A stretch of 44,079 bases of DNA from Cytophagaceae bacterium (GTDB lineage: Bacteria; Bacteroidota; Bacteroidia; Cytophagales; Spirosomataceae): assembly GCA_031414675.1 (NCBI GenBank), contig JANNWE010000330.1, positions 1 to 44,079 of the forward strand. Reading direction: 5' to 3'. How positions within the stretch are numbered: position 1 is the first letter of the stretch; the number at the start of each line of letters is the position of its first letter. Both the position numbers and the translations under genes were made by a program. The notes under the pieces were generated by a model. That model did not search any database. It saw only the letters and a program-made list of their open reading frames with translations, and had not been told where the DNA came from. Shown here one piece after another: positions 36,178 to 44,079 of the stretch.

Positions 36178-37797
36178 TTACCAAAAATAGGTATAGAGAA
36201 AAACAATAATAGCAACTACTATACTCGCACCAATTGCAAATCCTCTGGTGGTTTTAAACATGGAAGCGTCTATTTCTAATCCTTTTTTCTCATCAGGTAA
36301 TATATATCCTAAAATAAACATTACAACAATACAAATTAGAAATACCCAACCCATTCTGTCAAGGAATGGCATTTGAGTCCAATCTACAATAGGAATCCAA
36401 TTATTGTGCATCGATAAAGCAATCAAAAATCCACCAACAATGGCAAAAAATGCACCAGCAGAGTTAGTCCTTTTCCAAAAGAATCCCATAATAAATGCAG
36501 CGAATATTCCTGGTGAAAGTAATCCAGTCATTTCTTGAATAAACTGGAAACCTCCTTTTTTATCAATACCCATAAATGGAGAAATGCCTATAGCCAAAAT
36601 CATTGAAATTACTATCACAACTCTTCCAACCCAAACTAATTGTTTCTCCGTCATATCTTTTGCAAAATAAGGCCTGAAAACATCCAAAGTAAAAATAGTA
36701 GAAATACTATTTGCTTTACCAGCTAATGAAGCAACAACAGCAGCTGTTAAAGCCGCAAAAGATAAACCTTTCAAACCTGAAGGTAGCAAATTTAATAAAA
36801 CAGGATAGGCTCTATCTTGGTTAAAAGCTCCTGTTGCATCCAGCATTTCTTTTTGAAACATTCCCTTTTGATATAAAGCATATGCAGCTATTCCTGGCAA
36901 TGTTACGATAATTGGCATTAAAAGCTTTAAGAATGCAGCAAACAGCAATCCCTTCCTAGCTGTATCTAAATCAGCTCCTAAGGCACGCTGAGTTATATAT
37001 TGATTGCATCCCCAATAATTTAAATTCACAATCCACATTCCTCCAAAAAGTACCGTTAGTCCAGGCAATGACATGTAGTTTGGATTTCCTTTTGGATAAA
37101 TCATATGAAAATGATCCTCGTGATTTTGAGTCATTGATTTAAAGCCATCCACTAAGCCTGTTAAACCTGCTGTGCCAGAAACTAATGTTACAGCTAAATA
37201 GGTTGCTGCTAAACCACCGATAACCAAGAAAAAAACTTGAATTACATCGGTATAGCCAATTACCTTCATTCCTCCTATGGTAATTATTACTGCGAAAATC
37301 GCCAACATAATCATACAAGTATAAAAATCTATACCTGAAATCTCTGAAACAGCCAATGCTCCAAGATATAATATGGCGGTGAGGTTTACAGTAATATAAA
37401 GGACTAACCAAAAAATAGCCATAATTAAACTTACCGTTTTATTGTATCGCTGACTCAAAAACTGAGGCATAGTAGAAATTTTATTTTTCAAATAAATTGG
37501 CATAAAAAATATAGCAACAATTAATAAAGTTGCCGCTGCCATCCATTCATAGGTAGAAATACCTAATCCCATAGAAAAGCCATTTCCAGACATTCCAATC
37601 ATTTGCTCAGCGGAAATATTTGAGGCAATTAATGATGCTCCAATGGCCCACCACGTCAGAGACCCCTCGGCTAAAAAAAAGTCTTTGGTGTTTGATTCTG
37701 ATGATTTCTTTTTGTTATAAATCCAAAAACCATAGCCTGCTACCACAACAAAATAGAATAAAAAAACTAAATAGTCGATTATATCGAGCTCTTGCAT
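36178..37797 (-). CDS. Sodium:solute (sugar) symporter, SSS family
   Basis: FFLA..SL.WWAIGASLIASNISAE, YTDVIQ, YWGCNQYITQR.L. ATG at 37797 preferred. Confidence 0.93.
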   Translation of the reverse strand: MQELDIIDYLVFLFYFVVVAGYGFWIYNKKKSSESNTKDFFLAEGSLTWWAIGASLIASNISAEQMIGMSGNGFSMGLGISTYEWMAAATLLIVAIFFMPIYLKNKISTMPQFLSQRYNKTVSLIMAIFWLVLYITVNLTAILYLGALAVSEISGIDFYTCMIMLAIFAVIITIGGMKVIGYTDVIQVFFLVIGGLAATYLAVTLVSGTAGLTGLVDGFKSMTQNHEDHFHMIYPKGNPNYMSLPGLTVLFGGMWIVNLNYWGCNQYITQRALGADLDTARKGLLFAAFLKLLMPIIVTLPGIAAYALYQKGMFQKEMLDATGAFNQDRAYPVLLNLLPSGLKGLSFAALTAAVVASLAGKANSISTIFTLDVFRPYFAKDMTEKQLVWVGRVVIVISMILAIGISPFMGIDKKGGFQFIQEMTGLLSPGIFAAFIMGFFWKRTNSAGAFFAIVGGFLIALSMHNNWIPIVDWTQMPFLDRMGWVFLICIVVMFILGYILPDEKKGLEIDASMFKTTRGFAIGASIVVAIIVFLYTYFW

Positions 37798-37889
37798 ATT
37801 AATTAGGGTTATAGTGTTAAAAACACACAAATAAAGAATAGTTCTTGCACTATTTCAAGTAATTGTATAGAAACTTAAAAATCCAATTG

Positions 37890-37897
37890 TATATTTG
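37890..37897 (+). promoter_or_regulatory. sigmaA -7 element for the two-component operon
   Basis: TATATTTG lies inside the track's extended ORF, supporting the later TTG start at 37944. Confidence 0.5.
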
Positions 37898-37943
37898 CCT
37901 ACTATCCAATGCAATTTTAGTAATAATAAAACCAAATTTTAAA

Positions 37944-39203
37944 TTGAGTAGAAATACAATTAGATTAGTTATTATTTTAGGGGTAATCGCCATGATAGGC
38001 ATACTTTCAGTACAAATCTATTGGGTTAATCGTGCCTTTGACCTTAAAAATCAACAATTTAGGCAAACAGTTATGGTTTCGCTTAGAAATGTTGCCAACC
38101 AGATTTCTAAAGCCTATAAATTATCTTCTATTGATAATCCAGTTAGTCAGTTTTCCTCCGATTACTATGTTGTAAATCTTCGGGTTCCTTTAGAAGCAAG
38201 TCTTTTAGAACATTTATTAAAAGAAGAATTTAAAAAGAATAATATTAATACCGACTTTGAATATGGTATTTACGATTGTGAAACCGACAAAATAGTATTT
38301 GGAGCTCATATTAACAGCAATTTTGAAGTAGAGGACATCTCTAATACTGTATTACTTCCAAAAACTGATAAATTTTTAAATTATTTTGGAGTAAAATTTC
38401 CAAGCCAAAATAGCTATTTGACCAGTAAGTTAGATTTCTGGATTGTTTCTTCCATAATCACAATGGTAGTTTTGGCTTTTTTTGCTTATGCCATGTTTGT
38501 AATATTAAAGCAAAAGCGGCTAAGTGAAGTACAAAGAGATTTCATAAATAATATGACGCACGAGTTTCAAACTCCGATTTCAACTATAAAAATTGCAACT
38601 GATGTATTGGCTCAAAATAAAATTTTGGATCAACCTGAAAGATTCAAAAAATATGTGCAAATAATAAAACATGAAAATAATAGACTAAAAAATCAAGTAG
38701 AAGCTTTATTGGCTACGGCAAAAATTGGAAAAGGTCAGATTGATCTTGATTTAAAGCTTCAGGAGATACACGATTTAATAATTGAAGTTACAGAAAGTGT
38801 AAAAGCTGAATTAGAAGACGGTTTTATTCTAAAATTGGAAGCTACAAAAACTTCTATTTTTGCAGATAAAATGCACTTAATGAATGTAATAAGAAATCTA
38901 ATTGATAATGCAATAAAGTATTCTTCCAAAAATCCAAAAATAACTGTTTCAACTAGAAATGAGAATAATTCTATCTTATTAACCATCAGTGATAATGGAA
39001 TAGGAATAGCCAAAGAGTATCACACCAAAGTTTTTGATAAATTTTATAGAGTGCCTACAGGCAACCTTCACAATGTAAAAGGTTTTGGACTTGGTTTAAA
39101 TTATGTGAAAGAAATAGTAAAAATTCACAAATGGGCTATCAATCTTGAAAGTGAGGCGGGCAAAGGCACTAATTTTATAATTCAAATTCCATTACCAAAC
39201 TAA
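37944..39203 (+). CDS. Membrane sensor histidine kinase
   Basis: Two transmembrane helices, H-box NMTHEFQTP, N-box NLIDNAIKYS, G1 DNGIGI, F-box FDKFYR, G2 GFGLGL. Start codon uncertain. Confidence 0.93.
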   Translation: MSRNTIRLVIILGVIAMIGILSVQIYWVNRAFDLKNQQFRQTVMVSLRNVANQISKAYKLSSIDNPVSQFSSDYYVVNLRVPLEASLLEHLLKEEFKKNNINTDFEYGIYDCETDKIVFGAHINSNFEVEDISNTVLLPKTDKFLNYFGVKFPSQNSYLTSKLDFWIVSSIITMVVLAFFAYAMFVILKQKRLSEVQRDFINNMTHEFQTPISTIKIATDVLAQNKILDQPERFKKYVQIIKHENNRLKNQVEALLATAKIGKGQIDLDLKLQEIHDLIIEVTESVKAELEDGFILKLEATKTSIFADKMHLMNVIRNLIDNAIKYSSKNPKITVSTRNENNSILLTISDNGIGIAKEYHTKVFDKFYRVPTGNLHNVKGFGLGLNYVKEIVKIHKWAINLESEAGKGTNFIIQIPLPN

Positions 39204-39205
39204 CT

Positions 39206-39886
39206 ATGGCAAAAATACTTTATGTTGAAGATGACCCTAACCTTGGCTTTGTAACCAAAGATAATTTAGAAGAAGAGGGATTTGAAATTCTTCATTTCTC
39301 GGATGGTAAAGATGCTTGGAAACAGTTTAAAAAAGACAAATTTGACCTTTGTTTATTAGATGTTATGTTGCCTGAATTAGATGGTTTTTCATTAGCAGAA
39401 AAAATAAGAACCCAAAACCAACAAATTCCTATTATTTTTTTAACTGCAAAAAATCTACAAGACGATAAAATTGCTGGTTTAAAAATAGGTGGGGATGACT
39501 ATATTACTAAGCCCTTTAGTATTGAAGAATTGGTTTTAAGAATAAAAGTTTTTTTAAAAAGAAATGCAGTTTCTGATTCAACAGCCACTACTGATGTATT
39601 TGCTTGTGGAGAATATGAATTTTGTTTTTCTCAGCAAACATTAAAAAAAGACGAAGAAATACAAAAATTGACACACAGAGAAGCTGAAGTTTTAAAATTT
39701 CTGTGTGAAAGAAAGAACCAAGTAGCTAAAAGAGAAGAAATTCTAATTGCAATTTGGGGTCGAGATGATTATTTCTTAGGAAGAAGTATGGATGTTTTTG
39801 TGACTAGAATACGTAAGATGCTTTCGAATGATCCAAGCATAAAAATTGAAAATATTCATGGAGTTGGTTTTAAACTGAATTGTTAA
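39206..39886 (+). CDS. OmpR-family response regulator
   Basis: VEDD, LDVMLP (phospho-Asp), FLTA, KPF, winged helix RSMDVFVTRIRK, IHGVGFKL. Confidence 0.95.
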   Translation: MAKILYVEDDPNLGFVTKDNLEEEGFEILHFSDGKDAWKQFKKDKFDLCLLDVMLPELDGFSLAEKIRTQNQQIPIIFLTAKNLQDDKIAGLKIGGDDYITKPFSIEELVLRIKVFLKRNAVSDSTATTDVFACGEYEFCFSQQTLKKDEEIQKLTHREAEVLKFLCERKNQVAKREEILIAIWGRDDYFLGRSMDVFVTRIRKMLSNDPSIKIENIHGVGFKLNC

Positions 39887-39890
39887 ATAT

Positions 39891-40235
39891 ATGGCTATTC
39901 ATCAATTTATATGTGGTTTGTTTTTTGTTTTTGCAGGAGTTATGCATTTTGTAAAACCTAAATTCTTTTTGGCACTTATGCCGCCTTATATTCCTTTTCA
40001 TAAAGAGCTAGTTTTAATTAGTGGAGCGGCAGAATTTGTTTTTGGTGGTAGTTTATTATATCCCCCAACCCAAGTTTCAGGTGCTTGGGGATTAATTTTG
40101 CTATTAATTGCTGTTTTTCCTGCCAATGTCTATATGGCTACATCACTAAAGTTTCAAAAAATATCGCCTTTGATTCGTTGGGGAAGATTGCCACTTCAAG
40201 GAGTTTTAATTTGGTGGGTAAGTTTATATCTGTGA
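39891..40235 (+). CDS. DoxX-like membrane protein
   Basis: AGVMHF..P, MPPYIP, SG.AE, AVFPANVYM, RLPLQ. Confidence 0.85.
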   Translation: MAIHQFICGLFFVFAGVMHFVKPKFFLALMPPYIPFHKELVLISGAAEFVFGGSLLYPPTQVSGAWGLILLLIAVFPANVYMATSLKFQKISPLIRWGRLPLQGVLIWWVSLYL

Positions 40236-40331
40236 TTTTAAGCTCCTTATTTGATTTTTGGGTCAAAAAAAAACCGACGATATTTTATTATGTACAAACT
40301 AAAATAATTTTACTAAGTTGAAATATTTGTA

Positions 40332-40367
40332 AATAAAAAAGCCATCCAATTAGATGGCTTTTTTATT
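40332..40367. terminator. Bidirectional intrinsic terminator
   Basis: AATAAAAAAGCCATC-CAATTA-GATGGCTTTTTTATT between the convergent DoxX gene and htpG. Confidence 0.85.
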
Positions 40368-40394
40368 GCTAAACACAAGGTTTGTTAGTGTGTA

Positions 40395-42197
40395 TTAAGA
40401 CAACTTCTGAACACTTCTTTCTATAAATTGAGTTAAATCATTCCCTGACAACATGCCTTGGGAAAGCAATGCTAAATCATACAATTGTTTGGCTAATCCA
40501 TTTTCATTCCCTTCTGTTACGATTTTTGAAATCAGTGGATGATTGCCATTCACAACTAAATTATACATCATGGGCATATTCCCAAACATACCAGCTTGCC
40601 CATTCACTTTTGACATATCCGCATATCTACGCATAAATTCAGGAACAACAATTGAAACTGGTATTTCGTCTAAAGGCAAAGCTTCAATCTGAACTATGTT
40701 GGTTCCAACGAATTCTTTAAACGCTTCTTCCACCTTCTTTTTATCCTCATCAGAGAGTACAACTTCCCCTTTTAATCCTTTGTCAATTAACTTATCAAAA
40801 GTGTCGGCATCTACCCTTTTAAAAGTCAATTTATCGGCTTTCGATTCTAATGCATTTATAAAATGTGAATCTAGCACATCATCAAAAACTAGAATGTCAA
40901 ATGCTCGTTTTTTTGCACTCGTAATATATGCGTCCTGTTTTTCAATATCATTTGCATATAATCCTATAAAATTGCCGTCTTTATCTTTTTGATTTGCCTC
41001 TAATTTTGTTTTATATTCCTCTATAGTAAAAAACTGGTTTTCAATGTTTTTCAATAAGATAAAATCTTTGGCTCTATCGTAAAATTTATCATCCGAAATA
41101 ATTCCGTATTTTACAAACATGCCAATACTTTCCCATTTTTCTTCAAATGAAGGCCGGTTTTCATTAAATAATTCTGAAAGTTTATCGGCTACTTTCTTAG
41201 TAATGTGCGAATTGATCCGCCTAACATTACCATCAGCTTGCAAATAGCTCCTGGAAACATTTAATGGAATATCGGGAGAATCAATTACTCCGTGAAGTAA
41301 CTGCAAAAATTCTGGAACTACATCTTTCACATCGTCAGTAATAAAAACTTGACGACTGTACAATTGTATTTTCTCCCTATTTAGCTGAAAATCTTTCTTA
41401 ATTTTTGGGAAATATAAAACACCCGTTAAATTAAAAGGATAATCAACATTTAAGTGAATCCAAAATAAAGGATCTTCACCGTAAGGATAAAGCTCTTTAT
41501 AAAATGCTATGTAATCTTCATCTTTTAAATCTGCAGGGTTTTTAATCCAAATTGGAGCAGGATTGTTTATTACTTTCTCGCCGAATGCTATTTCTACTGG
41601 CAAAAACTTCCCGTATTTGTTTAGAATTTGTTCTAATTTAGAATCTTCCAAAAATTCTTCCGCATCATCAGCTATATGCAAAATAATATCTGTACCTCTT
41701 TCTGTCCTTTCTGATTCTGTGATTTCAAATTCGGTAGTTCCATCACAAATCCATCTGGCGGCTGGGGCGTCTTGGTAGGATTTAGTTATTATCTCTACTT
41801 CTTTTGCAACCATATAGGCTGAATAAAACCCTAAGCCAAATTGTCCGATAATTTGACTTTTATCGGTTTCAGTGTTATACTTGTCTAAAAACTCTTTTGC
41901 TCCAGAAAAAGCAATCTGATTGATATACTTTTTAATTTCCTCAGCGGTCATGCCCAAGCCTTTGTCAGAAATTGTTATAGTTTTTTTCTCTTTGTCAACT
42001 GCGACAGAAATTTTTAAATCACCCAATTCGCCTTCATATTGACCCATTGAAGCCAATTTTTTAAGTTTTTGGGTTGCGTCAACCGCATTCGAGACTAACT
42101 CACGTAGAAAAATCTCATTGTCAGAATATAAAAACTTCTTAATAATTGGAAAAATATTCTCGGTATTAATCGAAATAGTTCCTTTTTCTGCTACCAT
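40395..42197 (-). CDS. htpG: Molecular chaperone HtpG (Hsp90)
   Basis: LYSD.EIFLRELVSNAVDA, D.GLGMT, IGQFGLGFYS, RGT, DIPLNVSRSYLQ. Confidence 0.97.
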   Translation of the reverse strand: MVAEKGTISINTENIFPIIKKFLYSDNEIFLRELVSNAVDATQKLKKLASMGQYEGELGDLKISVAVDKEKKTITISDKGLGMTAEEIKKYINQIAFSGAKEFLDKYNTETDKSQIIGQFGLGFYSAYMVAKEVEIITKSYQDAPAARWICDGTTEFEITESERTERGTDIILHIADDAEEFLEDSKLEQILNKYGKFLPVEIAFGEKVINNPAPIWIKNPADLKDEDYIAFYKELYPYGEDPLFWIHLNVDYPFNLTGVLYFPKIKKDFQLNREKIQLYSRQVFITDDVKDVVPEFLQLLHGVIDSPDIPLNVSRSYLQADGNVRRINSHITKKVADKLSELFNENRPSFEEKWESIGMFVKYGIISDDKFYDRAKDFILLKNIENQFFTIEEYKTKLEANQKDKDGNFIGLYANDIEKQDAYITSAKKRAFDILVFDDVLDSHFINALESKADKLTFKRVDADTFDKLIDKGLKGEVVLSDEDKKKVEEAFKEFVGTNIVQIEALPLDEIPVSIVVPEFMRRYADMSKVNGQAGMFGNMPMMYNLVVNGNHPLISKIVTEGNENGLAKQLYDLALLSQGMLSGNDLTQFIERSVQKLS

Positions 42198-42243
42198 AAT
42201 ATACTTCTTTGAATTTTAAATTGATGTATTTTAACTATTTTCA

Positions 42244-42285
42244 ACAAAGTATATTCCAAACCGTTAATTTCTGACAGATTGACAG
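42244..42285 (-). promoter_or_regulatory. Candidate sigma54-like -24/-12 promoter with upstream tandem CTGTCA boxes
   Basis: The minus strand reads CTGTCA-AT-CTGTCA, then 13 nt, then TGGAATATACTTTGT, spaced like TGGCAC-N5-TTGC. Confidence 0.45.
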
Positions 42286-42368
42286 TTTTATTTGCATAAA
42301 TTAAGAGGGAAATAAATGAATGAGGGAAGAAGCGATAAAAAAATAAAATAAAGTTGAGAACTTAAAAT

Positions 42369-42415
42369 TATTAAAGTCGACTATTAAACCTTTAATTTAA
42401 TAGTCGACTTTAATA
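42369..42415. repeat. Perfect 20-bp inverted repeat (probable terminator or stabilising hairpin)
   Basis: TATTAAAGTCGACTATTAAA-CCTTTAA-TTTAATAGTCGACTTTAATA, 18 nt past the amidohydrolase stop. Confidence 0.7.
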
Positions 42416-42433
42416 TAAAAAGGTAAAAAAAAA

Positions 42434-44059
42434 TCAATAGACTTTCTCTCCTCCTACATAGGTCTTCAAAACTTTAACTTTTCTAATTTTTTCTTTTTCA
42501 ATTTCCATAATATCTTGGTCTAGAATTACAAAGTCTGCCATTTTGCCTTTTTCAATACTTCCTCTCTCCTTTTCTTCAAAATTTGAATAAGCACTCCAAA
42601 TTGTCATAGCCTTCAAGGCATTTTTACGACTCAAGGCGTTTTCCATTTGAAAACCTAATTTTGGCCAATTCTTATCATCTTGTCTGGCTATCGCAGAATG
42701 AAAACCAAAAAGGGGATTAACGAATTCTACAGGAAAATCGCTGCCGTTTGCTATTAAACCATTCTGTTTTCTTAATTCCTCAAAAGGATAAGCGTGCTTC
42801 ACTCGAACTTTTCCTAAACGATCCCCAGCCCAATACATATCAGAAGTTGAATGCGTGGCTTGAATAGATGGGATAACAGAAAACTTGCCAAATTTGCCCA
42901 TATCATCAGGGTTAATTACTTGACAATGTTCTATTCTCCATCGTCTATTATTTTTATTTTTTAGATATTTGCCATATAAATCTAAAACTAATCTGTTAGC
43001 AGAATCTCCAATACAGTGTGTATTAGCCTGATAACCAGAATTAATAATTTGACTTAAATATTTATCCATTTCAGCTTTGCTAATCAACATTAGACCTTGT
43101 TTGCCTGGTTCATCTGCATAAGGTTGTAAAAGGCTTGCTCCTCTTGAACCCAGTGCACCATCAGCATACAACTTAAAAGATCTAACATTTAGACGATCGG
43201 TCTTAATTATTCCTTTTTTTATGAAATAATCCACATTTCTCAAACCAATAGAAACCATAGCATAATCTCTAATTTTTAATGATCCGTCTTTGTGCATTTT
43301 ATCTAAAAGTTCTATTTCCTCCTGCCCTATTCCCGCATCAGAAACAGTTGTTAATCCGTATTTGAAACATTCTTTTTGGGCATCAAGAATCATTTTTCGT
43401 TTCATTTTTTCATCATCATCTGGAACCACCCGTTTTACCAATCCCATAGCATTGTCAATAAGAATCCCCGTCAATTGTCCATCAATAATTTCTACCTCTC
43501 CCCCATCTATTTTTGAGGCAGGAGAAATCTTCGCTATTTGAATTGCTTTACTGTTTACTAACATGGCATGTCCATCTATTCTAATTAATAGCACAGGCTT
43601 ATTCGGAAAAATAGTATCTAAATCATCTTTATTTGGAAAAACTTTATTTTCCCAATCATTTTGATCCCACCCTCTTCCTAATATCCATTCATTTTCAGGA
43701 TTTTCTTTTTGAAATACTTGAAGCTTTTGTATAATCTCAGAAAAAGACTTAGTTCCTACTAAATCGCATTGATTTAGCATTTTGCCTAAACCAATAAAAT
43801 GGGAATGAGGGTCATAAAAACCAGGGAAAACAGGTTTCTGTTTTACATCAATAGTATTTAAAGCTTGGTATTTCTTTCTCAATTGATTGCTTTCACCAAC
43901 CTCTACAATTAGTCCATTTTTTACAGCAAATGCAGTGGCTAAACTGAAATCTTTATCAACAGTATAAACTTTAGCATTATAAACTATTAAATCTACCGCT
44001 TGCTTTTGAGCGAATCCTAAAATAGGAAGAAAAAATAGAATTAACCGAATTGATTTCAT
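42434..44059 (-). CDS. Exported amidohydrolase (YtcJ-like, Amidohydro_3)
   Basis: Signal peptide, PGFYDPHSH, GRGWDQNDW, KLYADGALGSRGA, HCIGD, RIEHCQ, GSDFPVE, GSIEKGK.ADF. Confidence 0.92.
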   Translation of the reverse strand: MKSIRLILFFLPILGFAQKQAVDLIVYNAKVYTVDKDFSLATAFAVKNGLIVEVGESNQLRKKYQALNTIDVKQKPVFPGFYDPHSHFIGLGKMLNQCDLVGTKSFSEIIQKLQVFQKENPENEWILGRGWDQNDWENKVFPNKDDLDTIFPNKPVLLIRIDGHAMLVNSKAIQIAKISPASKIDGGEVEIIDGQLTGILIDNAMGLVKRVVPDDDEKMKRKMILDAQKECFKYGLTTVSDAGIGQEEIELLDKMHKDGSLKIRDYAMVSIGLRNVDYFIKKGIIKTDRLNVRSFKLYADGALGSRGASLLQPYADEPGKQGLMLISKAEMDKYLSQIINSGYQANTHCIGDSANRLVLDLYGKYLKNKNNRRWRIEHCQVINPDDMGKFGKFSVIPSIQATHSTSDMYWAGDRLGKVRVKHAYPFEELRKQNGLIANGSDFPVEFVNPLFGFHSAIARQDDKNWPKLGFQMENALSRKNALKAMTIWSAYSNFEEKERGSIEKGKMADFVILDQDIMEIEKEKIRKVKVLKTYVGGEKVY

Positions 44060-44079
44060 ATGATTAAATTTGTTTTGAA

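Noticed and set aside
1-44079. CRISPR array, tRNA/rRNA, IS element, prophage or restriction/defence cassette
   Set aside because: No regularly spaced repeats, cloverleafs or corresponding protein motifs were found by eye. A covariance-model scan would be needed to exclude small RNAs.

Overview
An AT-rich, mostly housekeeping chromosomal segment from a Bacteroidota bacterium, most likely Cytophagales. This assignment is inferred from protein styles (long Bacteroidota-type SecA, GlgA-N/DUF4270/glmS cluster), TAnnTTTG -7 promoter elements and the absence of Shine-Dalgarno motifs. About 41 CDSs can be supported. Recognisable core genes are a partial ccmF, secA, hpf/raiA, tsaB, an S41 protease, rnpA, rpmH (missed by the ORF track), glmS, panC, folB, folD and htpG. 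The window also has a two-component pair, transporters, peptidases and several DUF proteins. I saw no rRNA, tRNA, CRISPR array, integrase, transposase, prophage or recognisable defence island, and I cannot support a claim of a large new multi-gene system. The best leads are protein-level and regulatory oddities: a CinA/PncC-like plus NadD-like fusion coupled to a secreted Ig-repeat/coiled-coil protein; a DivIVA protein with an internal helix-hairpin-helix module; a half glycogen synthase lacking KTGGL; a cysteine-free SecA tail; an atypical peptide deformylase; an unsecreted trypsin-like protease; and a sigma54-like promoter with tandem CTGTCA boxes before htpG. All family assignments come from motif recognition by eye, not database searches.
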